Shown piece by piece: positions 26,430 through 40,385 of a stretch of DNA of 64,000 nt (its first letter is position 1; every line of letters begins with the position of its first letter). Made by a program: the position numbers and the translations under genes. This DNA comes from Octopus sinensis. Taxonomy: Eukaryota. The stretch covers positions 96,906,001 through 96,970,000 of the forward strand of contig NC_043006.1 of assembly GCF_006345805.1 (NCBI RefSeq), given 5' to 3'. The notes under the pieces were generated by a model. It saw only the letters and a program-made list of their open reading frames with translations. It was not told the origin of the DNA and ran no database searches.

Positions 26430-27480
26430 ACTGCAGCGTCACCAGTTTTTTCGTCCTTCTATCCAGTTTTAATATTCCATCGTTAGTCCATATGAGGATG
26501 GACGCATTATATCTGAACCACTACAACTGCTCAGATTTTCATTGCGGTAATCACATTTTTGGCATTCAGAGTGGATTTCAATACCGTCTTCACCCTTTTA
26601 TGATACGCCTCGCTGACCTTGACTTTCATTTCTCCGTGTAGAATGTCATCCAGCTCTCCAAAATCCCTAAACATCTATACCCACTACCGTCGGGTTCACC
26701 CATGGTCTCTCCTGATGGTAACCGCGATCCTCTGCAGGCTGCTTTCTTCCCTCTTTTCATATTAAGTACTGAGCATTTGGTAATCCCAAATTCTATACTG
26801 ATGTCCCTACCACATTTCTGGACTGTTTTAGTTAAAGAGTCTATCCGTTTTTCAGATTTCTCAAGCAATTTTAGGTCATCCATAAACAGAAGATGGTTCA
26901 ATGATGGGCCTTTCTTCCCATATCGGTAACCCATCTCAACATTCCTAAGTGTTATGGATATAGTGCAATTACTAATAGTAACTGAGAAAACGAGTCCCCT
27001 TGGAAGATGTCCTTTTTATTATTAACTTCTCCAAAGAATGCATTACTTGATAAAATTTGGTTTTCCGCTCTTTCATGCTATGCATCAGAAAATTTGATAT
27101 TGTCAGCAACACCAAACATCTGCAGATATTCAACGATCCAAGAATGAGGTATCGTATCATATGCCTTCTTAAAGTCAATCGAAGCCATAGACATGTTTGT
27201 ATGATGTTCTTTTACAATGACTCAAAATTGTTTTATCGATGTTCAAGTGATCCTTGGTATCCTGAGAACGCTTCCTACATCCCTTGGTAGTATTTCTTCC
27301 TGTGCCAGGAAAGCATATGTCTTTGCCGCACATATTCCAGTGAGTATCTTCCAGATTATGCCTAGGCATGCTACGGACGGTAGTTATCCACAATATTCCC
27401 CTTTCTTCTATCTCTCATTATAATTCCTGTCCTCCCAGTCACCATCTACACGGGGACTGTACCTTTCTGGTATTCCGTCC
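26430..27480 (-). mobile_element. R4/Dong-like (RLE) LINE relic
   Basis: LNHLLFMDDLKL...IEFGITKCSVLNMKRGK...YRCLGILE RT motif. Confidence 0.75.
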
Positions 27481-28259
27481 TTCTTCACATTCCGAGTTCA
27501 AATACTGCCGGGATCAATTTTATCTTTCATTCTTTCGGGGTCGATAAAATAATCATATTTTTCTTATAAGAGACAAGTTCTCGAAGAGATATAGAAGTAT
27601 CTCTTCACAAAAAAAAAGCAATCTATTTTACAAATGTAAAGTGAGGGGTGTAAGACAGCTTACAACATAGAAAAGAGAAATATTTACTCAGGATAAAAGT
27701 GCAAAGCAATGCACAATGATTAAATCAAGATATAATTTGAAGAGATATAACAATTAAAGGACGCTTCTAGTTTCGACTTAATCGATTGCACGGTTTGAAG
27801 ACCGATGTTGGCAAATCTATCGAAACCCATTTTATTGCAGGCTTGCGTCCCTCAGTCTCACTAGCTTTGGAAGAGGTGTAAGAGATCATAGGCACTTCTT
27901 CTTAAGATATTCCGGGCGAAATCCGACTGCCTAAACATTGATTATGGAATTGAAAGTCACTAGAATAAAAGAAAACGCGAAATGCAAATAACGTTATGAA
28001 TATTATGAATAATATGGAATGGTATTAGTTGAACGCTTATACAATAGAAATGTTTTTAACGGTTCGGGTGTAAATCCTTCATCTAAAAATAACAGAAAAT
28101 GACAAGGGGCAGAGCTGGTAAAAATATAATTGGTAGCAAAATGGAAAGACAAAGGAAATAGAAATGAACTAGCCTAATTCATCTTTGTCTATAAGATGGT
28201 GCCGACTTAAAATACACCAGATTCTTTTTTGTTCTACGCACACACAAACATAGATACAC

Positions 28260-29596
28260 ACAAGAGTTGAACAGACAGAACTCAAGGCGAAAAAGTTAGA
28301 TGAAAGCAGAGCAAACGGGAAACTAGAAGAAAAGTTAACGGACGGGAAATATAGACAAAGACACAATACACAGAATATTCGCAGCTGAGTTTTCTTCTTC
28401 GGTCAATGAGCCAAAATATAGTAGTGGTTTTGCGCCATTATCATTGAGACCACTCAATCTTGGAGGCGCCAGTGCTATTATTAAGCTACTGGGAAAAAGC
28501 TAGCGAATGTATACTGAGACAGAAACAAATAAGACATTGTATAAATACAACAGATGAAGAATTATGCATCTGTAACAGCACGGAGCCTTACGGCTATATG
28601 CAACAGAAGAAGAATAAATTATAATCATACAAATACAACAGAAAATGCTTTGCAGCTATCTAACGAACTTAGTGGGGTTGCGCTAGGTGAAATGGAATAT
28701 GTCCTAATGGACGTAGCAGGAGCCCTGACCAGCATGACCAGTCTGGTCAAAGGCAGGGCGAAAAAGAACCAAACCGCCTTCACCAGACACCGGTCACGTG
28801 ATAGGGAAGACGAAGTATAAAGATAGGGAAAGAATGGGATACAGAGAGAAAGAACAAAGGAGCAGAGGGAGTGAAGAAACAGAGTGAAAGAAAGAGAAGA
28901 GAAAGGTATAAGGGAAGCAAGGAAGGGTGAAAAAAGAGGGTAAGAGTGGAGAAAATATAGAATAAGGGTAGACGTGGAAAGCGATAGAGTAAATGAGAAA
29001 GAGGGGGACGTAAAGAGAGAGAACAAAGAAATAGAGACAGGGAGAAAAGAAAGGTGCAAGGGCGGAAAGAAAAAGTGTGGAGAAAGAGATAGAGTGAGAG
29101 TAGAGGTTGAAAGAGATAAGAAGAGTAAAGAGAGTTGAGTCACACAATCAATATTCAAGAAATATCTTTTACAATAAAGTAAACAAACAGGGTGTGCATT
29201 GCGGTACGTGGAAGTATCAAGGTTTGAACAAACGGAACACAACAAGGAGGAAATATTAGACGAAAGCAGAGCAAACGGGAAACTAGTCGAAACCTTAACG
29301 GACGGGAAATATAGACAAAGACACGATACAAGGAATATTTGCAACTGAGTTTTCCTCTCGCTAGCTTTTTCCTAGTAGTTTAATAACAGCACTGACGCCT
29401 CCAAGACTGAGTAGTCTCAATGGCAATGGCGCGAAACCACTATGATATTTTGGCTCATTGACTGACGAGGAAAACTCAGCTGCGAATATTCCATGTATCG
29501 TGTATTTCCCGTCCGTTAAGTTTTCTTCGAGATTCCCGTTTGCTCTGCTTTCGTCTGACTCTTTCTCCTTGTTGTGTTTTGTTTGTTCAACCCTTT
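28260..29596. repeat. Complex direct plus inverted repeat block
   Basis: A unit at ~28260-28506 recurs partly in direct orientation (29218-29358) and then inverted (29358-29596). Confidence 0.75.
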
Positions 29597-29679
29597 ATAT
29601 ATACATATGATTAACTATACATATATATACATATATACGTGCATTTATAGTTGTATATTTACATAAATATATACTTACT

Positions 29680-29728
29680 TATAGATTGATAGACAGACAG
29701 GCAGACAGACAGACAGACAGATAGATAA

Positions 29729-29771
<43 letters not shown>

Positions 29772-29864
29772 TATTGACAGACAGAGAGAGGGAGAGACAG
29801 ATAGAGAGATAGCTAGACAGACAGACAGACAGACAGACAAAGACAGACAAAAGACAGGACAGAC

Positions 29865-29957
<93 letters not shown>

Positions 29958-30000
29958 TATTGACAGAGAGAGAGAGGGAGAGACAGATAGAGAGATAGCT

Positions 30001-30095
<95 letters not shown>
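29680..30095. repeat. Compound (GATA)/(GACA) microsatellite with an internal higher-order duplication
   Basis: The interruption tattgacag...gagggagagacagatagagagatagctagacag occurs twice. Confidence 0.9.
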
Positions 30096-30097
<2 letters not shown>

Positions 30098-31364
30098 CTT
30101 GATCTGATAAATAAGTTTTCCGGACTGTTGCCATAGTAACGAAACTCAATCACGCAGAGTGAACCCACTTAGCACAGATTGACCTTGAACTCTGTTGTAC
30201 ATGTGCACTAAGTTTTAACGCTCTAGCTCACTTCTATTGTTTACAGCAGTGCTTGGAAGGAACGTGTGTAGCTTGCGATCGTCGTCCCATTGACCATGAA
30301 TTTTGATCAAATTTTGCAAAAAGCTTGGCGATACCTGCTCAGAGGTCTACGCAAGGTTGCAATGTATGGAGAGGAGCGTATGAGACGAAGAAATGTCGAT
30401 AGTGGCTGTGTGGCAGGAGTGGCTGTGTGGTAAGTAGCTTGCTAACCAACCACATGGTTCCGGGTTCAGTCCCACTGCGTGACATCTTGGGCAAGTGTCT
30501 TCTGCTATAACCCCGGGCCGACCAATGCCTTGTGAGTGGATTTGGTAGACGGAAACTGAAAGAAGTCTGTCGTATATATGTATATATATATATGTATGTG
30601 TGTCTGTGTTTGTCTCCCTAGCATTGCTTGACAACCGATGCGGGTGTGTTTACGTCCCCGTCACTTAGCGGTTCGGCAAAAGAATCCGATAGAATAAGTA
30701 CTGGGCTTACAAAGAATAAGTCTCGGGGTCGATTTTCTCGACCAAAGGCGGTGCTCCAGCATGGCCGCAGTCAAATGACTGAAACAAGTAAATGAAAAGA
30801 AAAGAAAGAAAAACGTTCTGGGAGACCCGCAACCAACAGAACTGAGAGAAATATTGCGAATGTGCGTGCAGCTGCGAGGGGAAATCGTCGAATCACCATC
30901 CGTAAGTAATCAGAGGATGTGAAGATTAGTTACAGTTCAGTTCAATCCATTATCACTGAAGAGACGCGTGTCTGCCAAGTTTGTGCCCAAACTACTTTCA
31001 GCTGACAACGCACATGCCCGCTTGTGCAGCAGTTTTGGGGTAGGCACACCATTCCCCAGGTCCAACAGTCACCGTATTCCCCAGATCTCGTCCTTGCGTG
31101 ATTTTCCTCTTTACAAAGACCAAATCCCGCTTGACAGGAAGAAGATTACAGGACGTCGAAGAAATCAAAGCGAATGCGACGAGGTAGCTGCTGATTATCC
31201 CAGAAGACGAGTTCCAGGAATGCTTCCATCAATGGAAACAGCGATGGATTAAGTGTGTGGCTTCCGGATTGGACTACTTTGAAGGAGATTAAATGCCAAA
31301 TTGGTTCGTGTTGTAGTTTTGTTTTTATAGCCCAAGTCCGGATACTTATTGATCAGGCCTCGTA
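30096..31364 (+). mobile_element. Deleted mariner interrupted by a SINE
   Basis: TIR tacgaggcctgatcaataagtatccggact at right, degenerate at left; SPDL and FQECFHQW..RWIKCV..GLDYFEGD remnants. Confidence 0.8.
30412..30810 (+). mobile_element. SINE family A nested in the mariner
   Basis: Consensus match from head to tail. Confidence 0.9.
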
Positions 31365-31634
31365 GATAGAAACTTATACAGCACAAAGATGAAATAGACA
31401 GCCTTTAATTGTAAATTACAAACTCTGTTTCTGTGTACGTACATATTTATATATACAAACACCTTGATATCTGTCGTGCGTCTAATGTGCGTGTATATAT
31501 ACATGTAAGGATGTATACATGTGTGTATATATGTAATGCAAGTAATATACGTACATAGATGTATATATGATTTATGTACATATATATATGTATGTATGTA
31601 TATATGTGTGTGAGAGTGTGTATGTATGAATGTT

Positions 31635-31670
<36 letters not shown>

Positions 31671-31676
31671 AGCGTG

Positions 31677-31709
<33 letters not shown>

Positions 31710-31975
31710 ATAAGTAATCAAAGTGAAGGTGAGAGTGAAAAACAGAAATAAAGAGAATGAGAGAGTAGTAGAACCGAAACCTTTGACCTCCTTCTACGCT
31801 TCTCCCCTTTAAAAAGCAAAGAAACTTCAGACGCAAACCAAACGTCATTTTATGGTCACTTCGACTACTGGGAAAGATAGGGAATGTAAATAAAGAAATC
31901 AGTTAAAATGACCAAACCTGCTTCGTTCTTATCCGTCTGTGTGTGCTTCGCTTTCCATCCAAATAGGTTACTTAC

Positions 31976-32002
31976 GTCTGGTCAAGGGTCACTGGAAATT
32001 CA
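31976..32002 (-). CDS. Candidate 27-nt exon (EFPVTLDQT)
   Basis: Acceptor ttatttccag (other nearby AGs are possible), donor GTAAGT, phase 2 to 2; in frame with 19206-19258. Confidence 0.45.
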
Positions 32003-33127
32003 CTGGAAATAACTAAAGTGTGATCGTGAATACTAATCAGACGTCTCAATGAGACGAACATTTTTAAAGAGAAAACAAAGAAGAAATATATCGTAGACAA
32101 ACATCATAAAACTAAAAACTAACAAAGCAAAAGCAAATAGAGTCGAGAGCTACTGACCGACCGGCCACACTCAACACCTCGTCATATTCCTCTCCCACCC
32201 TCTGTAGCGCTGTCCGTCTCTCTCTCTCTATCTCTCTATTGCTTTATCTCTCTTTCTCTGTTCCCTTTTCTCTTTCTCTCTTTTTTTCTCCCCCCTCTCT
32301 CTCTCTTTCTCTCTTCTGTCTTTTTTAAAATCTTTATTTTAACTGTGACGGGAGATGCTAAAAGTTTGTATGAAGCTAGCTTCAAGTGTGATGTGAGGGT
32401 TATGCATTTAAAAGCATAAGTGTTTATGTATATAAATGCGTGTGTGAGAACATATACCAGTATGTTTGTGTGTGTGTGTGTATGTGTGTGTGTGTGTGCG
32501 TGCGTGTGTCTTATGTTTGTGTATATATACTTATGGAGATGCGTTTATAATGCGAAGTTTATACACAAACGGTAGATGACCTCAGTCTGATGTCAAAAAA
32601 TCACAAAGACCGATGTCAACACACACCTAGGAGCACCTAACTTATCAAACCGACAACTTGAGACAGAAAACCAACAACAGTTTCTTTTTATCTCTCCTCC
32701 TTTTCTTTTCTTTCTTTCCTTCAAATTTACTCCTTCCTCTTTCTTTTCTTTCCCTATATTTTCTATACTCTCTTTGTTGTTTTCTAATTATTTCAATTGT
32801 TCACCATCGTCTATACGGAAACCATCCGTTCTTTACCCAACCTCCATTACTCTTTTCAAACACAGCGTGTATAAATATATGTATATATATATATATTTAA
32901 TCAAATTCAACAAGATCTGCAGCATCTAATAGCTTATTGTGTGGCTACTGTGTGATAAAGATTCACTGGCTTATCGTGAGCCTTTGATATGGAGCAGTTC
33001 GTGCTCAATGCGATTTTAGGTCTTGTGGGTTACGAAAATTAAGATGAATTTAACTTTCACTCCCTCACGCACAAACGCTTACATATACAAACACACACAC
33101 ACGCACAACCCACACACACACGCACAA

Positions 33128-33198
<71 letters not shown>

Positions 33199-33265
33199 AT
33201 ATATTTATTTATTTATTTATGCTGATATGTACATATAAATATGTGTGTGTATGTATGTATGCATG

Positions 33266-33297
<32 letters not shown>

Positions 33298-33369
33298 GCA
33301 GGCATATATACATACATATATACATATATACACAAACACACATATATGTATATATGTGTTGTGTATATA

Positions 33370-33434
<65 letters not shown>

Positions 33435-34108
33435 GTATCTTTTCTCTAAACTCGGGTATTTGGGAAGGACAGAATCTAGAGTCGATTAAGGTTGATCCGT
33501 CGCGTAATCTCTTTAGTAATTATTTTATCACCTTCACATATTAAATAAATATTGACTGCAAATTTCATGTTAACTCTAATTTAAAGTTTTGCCGTTTTTC
33601 TTAAATCAGTTTTAAAATAATAATCTAAATTTCACACTAAAAAAAAACAAAGCGGAATGTATTAATACCTGGAGTGAGATTTGAACCCGGACGACTAAGT
33701 ACGTGAAAAATTAAGTATAGTCAGACTACTCAGTACAGCCAAGCGCTTCACAATACAAGGGTCACATTCAATTGACAACTTGCGTTGTCAGCATTTTAAC
33801 CTGAGATATCTCGCTTTAATTTTGTATTGAGAAAGTATTGGACAAGTATCTCCTACCGTTTCTTACCTTGTTTTTCTCTTGTATGCTTGCAATTGTGTGT
33901 GCGTGTGTATATGTGGATGTGGGTGTATACATGTATGCGTATATGTATGTCTTGTTTAGTTTTAGTTCAAGATTTTATGCCAATAAAGGGCCGGTTTCTA
34001 ACCTAGATCCAAGGCTCCTTGATTCGAATTCCAACAACTTCAGTGGGGTATTTTGTATGTATGTAAACGTGCAGATTTGCATGCTTTGTTTTATGTATCT
34101 ATTCTCAG

Positions 34109-34265
34109 CAGGGGTGGACTGAGCTGTTGGTCAATCGGGTACTGCCCTAGGGCCCGGAGCTCTGAGAGGCCCGCATTCGATATGTTAACTCCCTTTGATA
34201 TCAATGCTATGGAGCCCGGTGAACAGTTATGCCTGCGTGCCCTTAATACTTTCAGCCCGCTCCTG
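34109..34265. mobile_element. hAT-type MITE
   Basis: TIR CAGGGGTGGACTGA / TCAGCCCGCTCCTG; 8-bp TSD ATTCTCAG/ATTCTCAT. Confidence 0.7.
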
Positions 34266-34866
34266 ATTCTCATGCATATAGTTGCATGTCTAGACATGCT
34301 CATATATACATAAATGATAAACTTCTGGAAAGTTTTACAGATTTTAACACCTCTAGTGTATTTTGAAATCACATTGATCTTCAGAAGCTAATTCGCAGAT
34401 TTCGATAAAAAGACTTTAAATTATGTTTTTATAATACTTTATTGGTGTTTGATCTAGACTAATGCATTTTGTGTTTCTGTTTTATGAGGTAATTTGATAA
34501 GACGCCCGTCTATTCCACCGTCACTAAATATTTGACTTTTATAATGCACGTAGATAGTATATTTTAAGAAGTGTACTGTGTTGTAAATTCATAAGTGTTG
34601 TACTATATTTTTCATTCACTTGGTTTGCTGAAATACCGACTGTTGATAAGTGCTTCTTATATTCCGTTGATCCCTTTATTAAGTATTTCTTTTCTGGAGA
34701 AGAATCTAAATAATCCAATTTTGAACAATGATGTCACTACTGACAACTGTACGTAAATACATTTCCAGCGGTTTCGGCGAATATTATAATCATATTATTA
34801 ACGTGTAAATAAGAGAATATTCACCAGACACGTACGTCTTTAATATGAAACTCAGGCAGAATTTAC

Positions 34867-35006
34867 GTTGTATAGTTCGGAATAATGCTGTACTTGTTAA
34901 TATAAGAAAGTGTCTGGAATCTCACTGAATGATTATACTTGTGAAAACTGACACAATGATTGTCAAGATTGTGGTCCTTTGATTTAAGGGAACGTCTGAC
35001 GGGCTT
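34867..35006 (-). CDS. Weak candidate exon (KPVRRSLKSKDHNLDNHCVSF...SIIPNYT)
   Basis: 140 nt open, phase 0 to 2 bridges 40338-40385 and 31976-32002; donor GTAAAT. The acceptor is weak and the region could be a decayed repeat. Confidence 0.25.
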
Positions 35007-35158
35007 CTACATAGTATCTGACTACCCAATTTCAGTCACGGGCGTGGGTGACACGAAGCTACAGAAAAATGACTTACCCAAATGCTTATAACAGAACTCT
35101 ACACACATAATTACTCTCATGTATTATGTTAACATTCTAAATATAGAACTGCACAACA

Positions 35159-36963
35159 CAGTGCAAGGCGTCACACTTCTCACGCTACTTCACCCTATCA
35201 CATAGTTACATATTCCGCAGTGCATGGCATCACACTTCTCACGCTACGTCACCCTATCACACAGTTACATATTCCGCAGTGCATGGCGTCACACTTCTCA
35301 CGCTAGTCACCCTATCACACATGGTTACATATTCCGCAGTGCATGGCGTCACACTTCTCACGCTACTTCACCCTATCACATAGTTACATATTCCGCAGTG
35401 CATGGCGTCACACTTCTCACGCTACGTCACCCTATCACACAGTTACATATTCCGCAGTGCATGGCGTCACACTTCTCACGCTACGTCACCCTATCACACA
35501 GTTACATATTCCGCAGTGCATGGCGTCACACTTCTCACGCTACGTCACCCTATCACACATGATTACATATTCCGCAGTGCATGGCGCCACACTTCTCACG
35601 CTACGTGGCCCTATCACACATAGTTACATATTCCGCAGTGCATGGTATCACACTTCTCACGCTACGTCACTCTATCACACAGTTACATATTCCGCAGTGC
35701 ATGGCGTCACACTTCTCACGCTACGTCACCCTATCACACATGGTTACATATTCCGCAGTGCATGGCGTCACACTTCTCACGCTACGTCACCCTATCACAC
35801 ATGGTTACATATTCCGCAGTGCATGGCGTCACACTTCTCACGCTACGTCGCCCTATCACACATGGTTACATATTCCGCAGTGCATGGCATCACACTTCTC
35901 ACGCTACGTCACCCTATCACACAGTTACATATTCCGCAGTGCATGGCGTCACACTTCTCACGCTACGTCACCCTATCACACAGTTACATATTCCGCAGTG
36001 CATGGCGTCACACTTCTCACGCTACGTCACCCTATCACACAGTTACATATTCCGCAGTGCATGGCATCACACTTCTCACGCTACGTCACCCTATCACACA
36101 GTTACATATTCCGCAGTGCATGGCGTCACACTTCTCACGCTACTTCACCCTATCACACAGTTACATATTCCGCAGTACATGGCGTCACACTTCTCACGCT
36201 ACGTCACCCTATCACACATGATTACATATTCCGCAGTGCATGGCGCCACACTTCTCACGCTACGTCGCCCTATCACACATAGTTACATATTCCGCAGTGC
36301 ATGGCATCACACTTCTCACGCTACGTCACCCTATCACACAGTTACATATTCCGCAGTGCATGGCGTCACACACTTCTCACGCTACGTCACCCTATCACAC
36401 ATGGTTACATATTCCGCCGCAGTGCATGGCGTCACACTTCTCACGCTACGTCGCCCTATCACACATGGTTACATATTCCGCAGTGCATGGCGTCACACTT
36501 CTCACGCTACGTCGCCCTATCACACATGTTACATATTCCGCAGTGCATGGCATCATCACACACTTCTCACGCTACGTCACCCTATCACACAGTTACATAT
36601 TCGCAGTGCATGGCGTCACACTTCTCACGCTACTTCACCCTATCACACAGTTACATATTCCGCAGTACATGGCGTCACACTTCTCACGCTACTTCACCCT
36701 ATCACACACAGTTACATATTCTGCAGTGCATGGCATCACACTTCTCACGCTACGTCACCCTATCACACAGTTACATATTCCGCAGTGCATGGCGTCACAC
36801 TTCTCACGCTACGTCACCCTATCACACAGTTACATATTCCGCAGTGCATTGCGTCACACTTCTCACGCTACGTCACCCTATCACACAGTTACATATTCCG
36901 CAGTGCATGGCGTCACACTTCTCACGCTACTTCACCCTGTCACACAGTTACATATTCCGCAGT
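35159..36963. repeat. Minisatellite, ~30 units of 59-61 bp
   Basis: Unit gcagtgcatggcgtcacacttctcacgctacgtcaccctatcacacagttacatattcc. Confidence 0.97.
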
Positions 36964-36999
36964 CAATTCATGTTGTTATGTAAGAATCCTTTCTACTGG

Positions 37000-37195
37000 C
37001 ACAAAGCCTGAAATTTCGGGGAAAGAGTCTACTCAATTACATCGACCCCAGTTCTCAATCAGTACTTACTTTATCGACCCCCAAAAGGATCGAAGGCAAA
37101 GTTTAACTCGGAGGAATTTTATCTCAGAACGTAAAGACGGACGAAATTGTCCGGCATGCTAAACATTTTGTCCGTTTCTGCCAGCTCGCCACCTT
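37000..37195 (-). mobile_element. SINE family B
   Basis: tacatcgacccc...tttatcgaccc...ttctgccagctcgccacct. Confidence 0.8.
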
Positions 37196-38829
37196 ATGTT
37201 TTTTTATGTTATAATTATATTTGAAACACACCCAAACATTATATATTAAATGTGCACCACAAGAAACGACAGACGTCTCCAGATATATAATGTTGCATGA
37301 AACTGACTTTGTACGAGTGGAACCTTCAGTAGAGTAACCGATACGACATACACACCCACACCCACAACAAACACATTCATGCAACACACACAACTCATAC
37401 GCACATACACACACATGCACTCATACAGCAGATACATCCACACACAACCCACACATATTATTCATACATATAGCACACACACACATACACACACAAGGAA
37501 CACAACTCTTAAACATATATATGATTCTCACACACCTATATTACTCTCACACACAAGCGATACGTGCAATTTCCACATACACACACACACACACACTTTT
37601 GCGCATGCACACAAACACAGCTGATATTGATATATTAATCACACTCAACTGACACACACACACACACACACACAAACTCAGCCATAACCCAAACATACAC
37701 AACACACACACACGGCACACAGCTCACACACAGATACACACTCACCGTACAAAACACGCACACACTCACAACTCAGCACATACATGCAAACAAACCGCGC
37801 ATGCGTTGACAACTCACATACGACGCACAAGCATGGATGCAAAACGCGAGCAAAAACAACACAAGCCTCTCTTTCACTTTTCCTCTCTCTTCCTCCTCTC
37901 TCTCTTGCTCTCTTCTCTTTCTTCCCTTCTCTCTTCCTGTCTCTCTCTCACACATACACAACACACACACATACATTATTCTAGCAGACAGCACATTAAA
38001 CAAACAGAACACACAAACACATAAATCAAATACGCCACTCACACACACGCAATATTTTCACACAGACAACACAATATATACATACAACCCAAGATATATG
38101 ATGAAGGCTGTCCACTCATGACCGAGGAAGACCATCACTGACCATTGGCCATACAAAACGTCAGCAATGCCTACGCAAAGCTTTAGGCTCAATAAAGGTT
38201 CCACTATACCTCAATGACCCTCTCCCTGCTATTGACATGATCTGAGACAATCCGAGGCAAGATATCTAGTGTCAATATGGGTCGCCGGATCAGGAATGTG
38301 GGAGTGCCATGAATCTCAAGTGCAAGCGAAAGATCCTCAAAATGTCCATTGCCATTTCTTACATGTCTGGTTTTATATCAATATAATGTAGAGACATGAG
38401 ACACGCCTTAAGAAAGTTTGAAGGCTGCCTCTCTCTTACAACCTGTTGTATGGACGAATCGTGGGGACTACACTTGCAATCCTACCAGTTGAAGATAGGT
38501 CCTTGAAACCTTGAAGGACTAAAAACAAGACCTGTCAACAGGACAGATGAAGCTAGTGTAGAGTCAACGTCTATCTAGCAGATCGAGTGCTATGCTGCCT
38601 CATCTGCTAAGATATGACGCAATAAGCATATGTTTTTCACATTGTTTCCGCTTCACGTTGCACTTGATGGTGTGGCAAACAAACGGCACTGTAAGGATTG
38701 CTTCGGTGGACATAAAAGATGCTTGTCCATACGACGGCCAATTCATCTTTTTGTTGATCTCTGGAGAGCATAGAGAAAACCTCCAGCAGTCCTGCAGCTA
38801 TACTTACTCTAGGTTTTGCCTTGTTTGTT

Positions 38830-39480
38830 CTTCCACAATTTCTTCGGGCAAAGCGGTAGGGTAGTGTAAACGGGCAGTGTCAGAGCTATGCCGTCGGGAA
38901 CTTCGGTTCCTGGTAGGGCCACCCAAGGCGGATTGGTCTGGTACCGAGCGGTATTAGGGCCGCAGACTGGCCAACGGGGCTCTGGTGAAAATTCCAAGAG
39001 GTGTCTGATCGGCAACCGACGGCTTCGAGGTCGTTCTGTCCCTGCGTCTGAGGAGACTCCGCGGTAAACAGGGCGTCCCGTCACTCGGGATATGCATATG
39101 GGATGTCGGGGACCGCTTGTGAATTCAATATGAATCCTACTACTACCATGGCAATAAATACGAATACGAATTATCTACCTATGCAACCAATCAGCAACCC
39201 TCAAACTGCTATGGCTCTTCAAACTACTCCTGGAGTAGTCCCGCTCTTTAAATGTAGGACAGAACTGAAGGTAGCGTGCTGGAACGTCAGAACCCGACGG
39301 TGTCCAGGCGCTAACGATGAAGGCTTTGCACAGGTACTGCGTGAATGTTGCTTGCCTTTCAGAGGTCCTACTCGTTGATGTTGGCCATCAACCTATTAAG
39401 GTGCCGGGCGAGGATGTCAGTTATCACCTGTGTCATAGTGGCGTGACCGACAACAGTGGAAAGAGGCGGAATGACCCATT
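38830..39480 (+). mobile_element. RTE LINE 5' UTR and APE start
   Basis: GC-rich leader followed by LFKCRTELKVACWNVRT (APE N-terminal motif), then decay. Confidence 0.7.
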
Positions 39481-39635
39481 GATGACATAACTCTAAAGCA
39501 ATACTTTCATAACCATATTGAGAAACTCTGTGTGTAAGGAAATTTTACAAAAACTTATCTTCATTCTGTTGTTGCTGTTGTTGCCATTGTTGTTGATGTG
39601 GTTGCTTCCAAATAAGCCACTTTCTTCTTTTTTTT

Positions 39636-40064
39636 CCTTTTTACTTGTTTTAGTCATTTGACTGCGGCCATGCTAGAGCACCACCTTTAATCGAGCAAAT
39701 CGACCCCAGAGCCTATTCCGTGTAAGCCTAGTACTTATTCTATCGGATTCTTTTGCCGAACCGCTAAGCCGCGGGGACGCAAACACACCAGCATCGGTTA
39801 TCAAGTGGTGCTGGGAAGACAAACATGGACACACAAACACATACACACACACACCTACACATACACGCACACGCACATATATATATATAAACACATATAC
39901 GACGGGCTTCTTCCAGTCTCCGTCTACCAATTCCACTCACAAGGCTTTGGTCGGCCCGAGGCTATAGTAGAAGACACTTGCCCAAGGTGCCACGCAGTGC
40001 GACTGAACGCATGACCACGTGGTTGGTAAGCAAGCTACTTACCACACAGCCACTCCAGCGCCTA
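39636..40064 (-). mobile_element. SINE family A
   Basis: Full-length reverse-complement match. Confidence 0.9.
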
Positions 40065-40337
40065 TCAATGAGCCATTCCACTCTCCACAATATTTTTATA
40101 TTTTGGAAAACTTAATGTTTCTGTCTTTCAGATCATATGGGTTCTACATTATTTCACATAATTTTGCCATTTTTTTTATGTTTGGAGAAATATCTTTTCT
40201 TTCTTTCTTTTTCTTTCTTAAGGAGTTATCCTTTTATGTTTTGTCGCCATATTGCAACGTTGAACTTTTTTTTTCTAAAGGTCATTTTTCTTTTTGCTTA
40301 TACAGAGTAAAAATAATAAAACCAATTCTCACCTTAC

Positions 40338-40385
40338 CTCGTAAACAAGCGAACACGAGATGTCACTTAAAATGAGCATCCACTT
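40338..40385 (-). CDS. Candidate 48-nt exon (KWMLILSDISCSLVYE)
   Basis: Strong acceptor cttttcggtcacag, donor AG|GTAAGG; only frame 0 is open. Confidence 0.4.

Noticed and set aside
28625-29344. 239-aa minus-strand ORF
   Set aside because: Mostly the antisense of a GA-rich low-complexity tract (S/L/F rich).
34930-34980. Plus-strand CEN*HNDCQDCGP, furin-like or GIY-YIG-like cysteine pattern
   Set aside because: Several in-frame stops; too short to assign.
35224-37162. Long ORFs (up to 506 aa) and a CRISPR-like periodic appearance
   Set aside because: Pure tandem minisatellite: no unique spacers, no cas genes, and the frames are open only because the unit lacks stops.
38806-38930. Minus-strand open frame ending at a GTAAGT donor (TALPEEIVEEQTRQNL)
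   Set aside because: Antisense to the RTE 5' UTR and lacks an acceptor.
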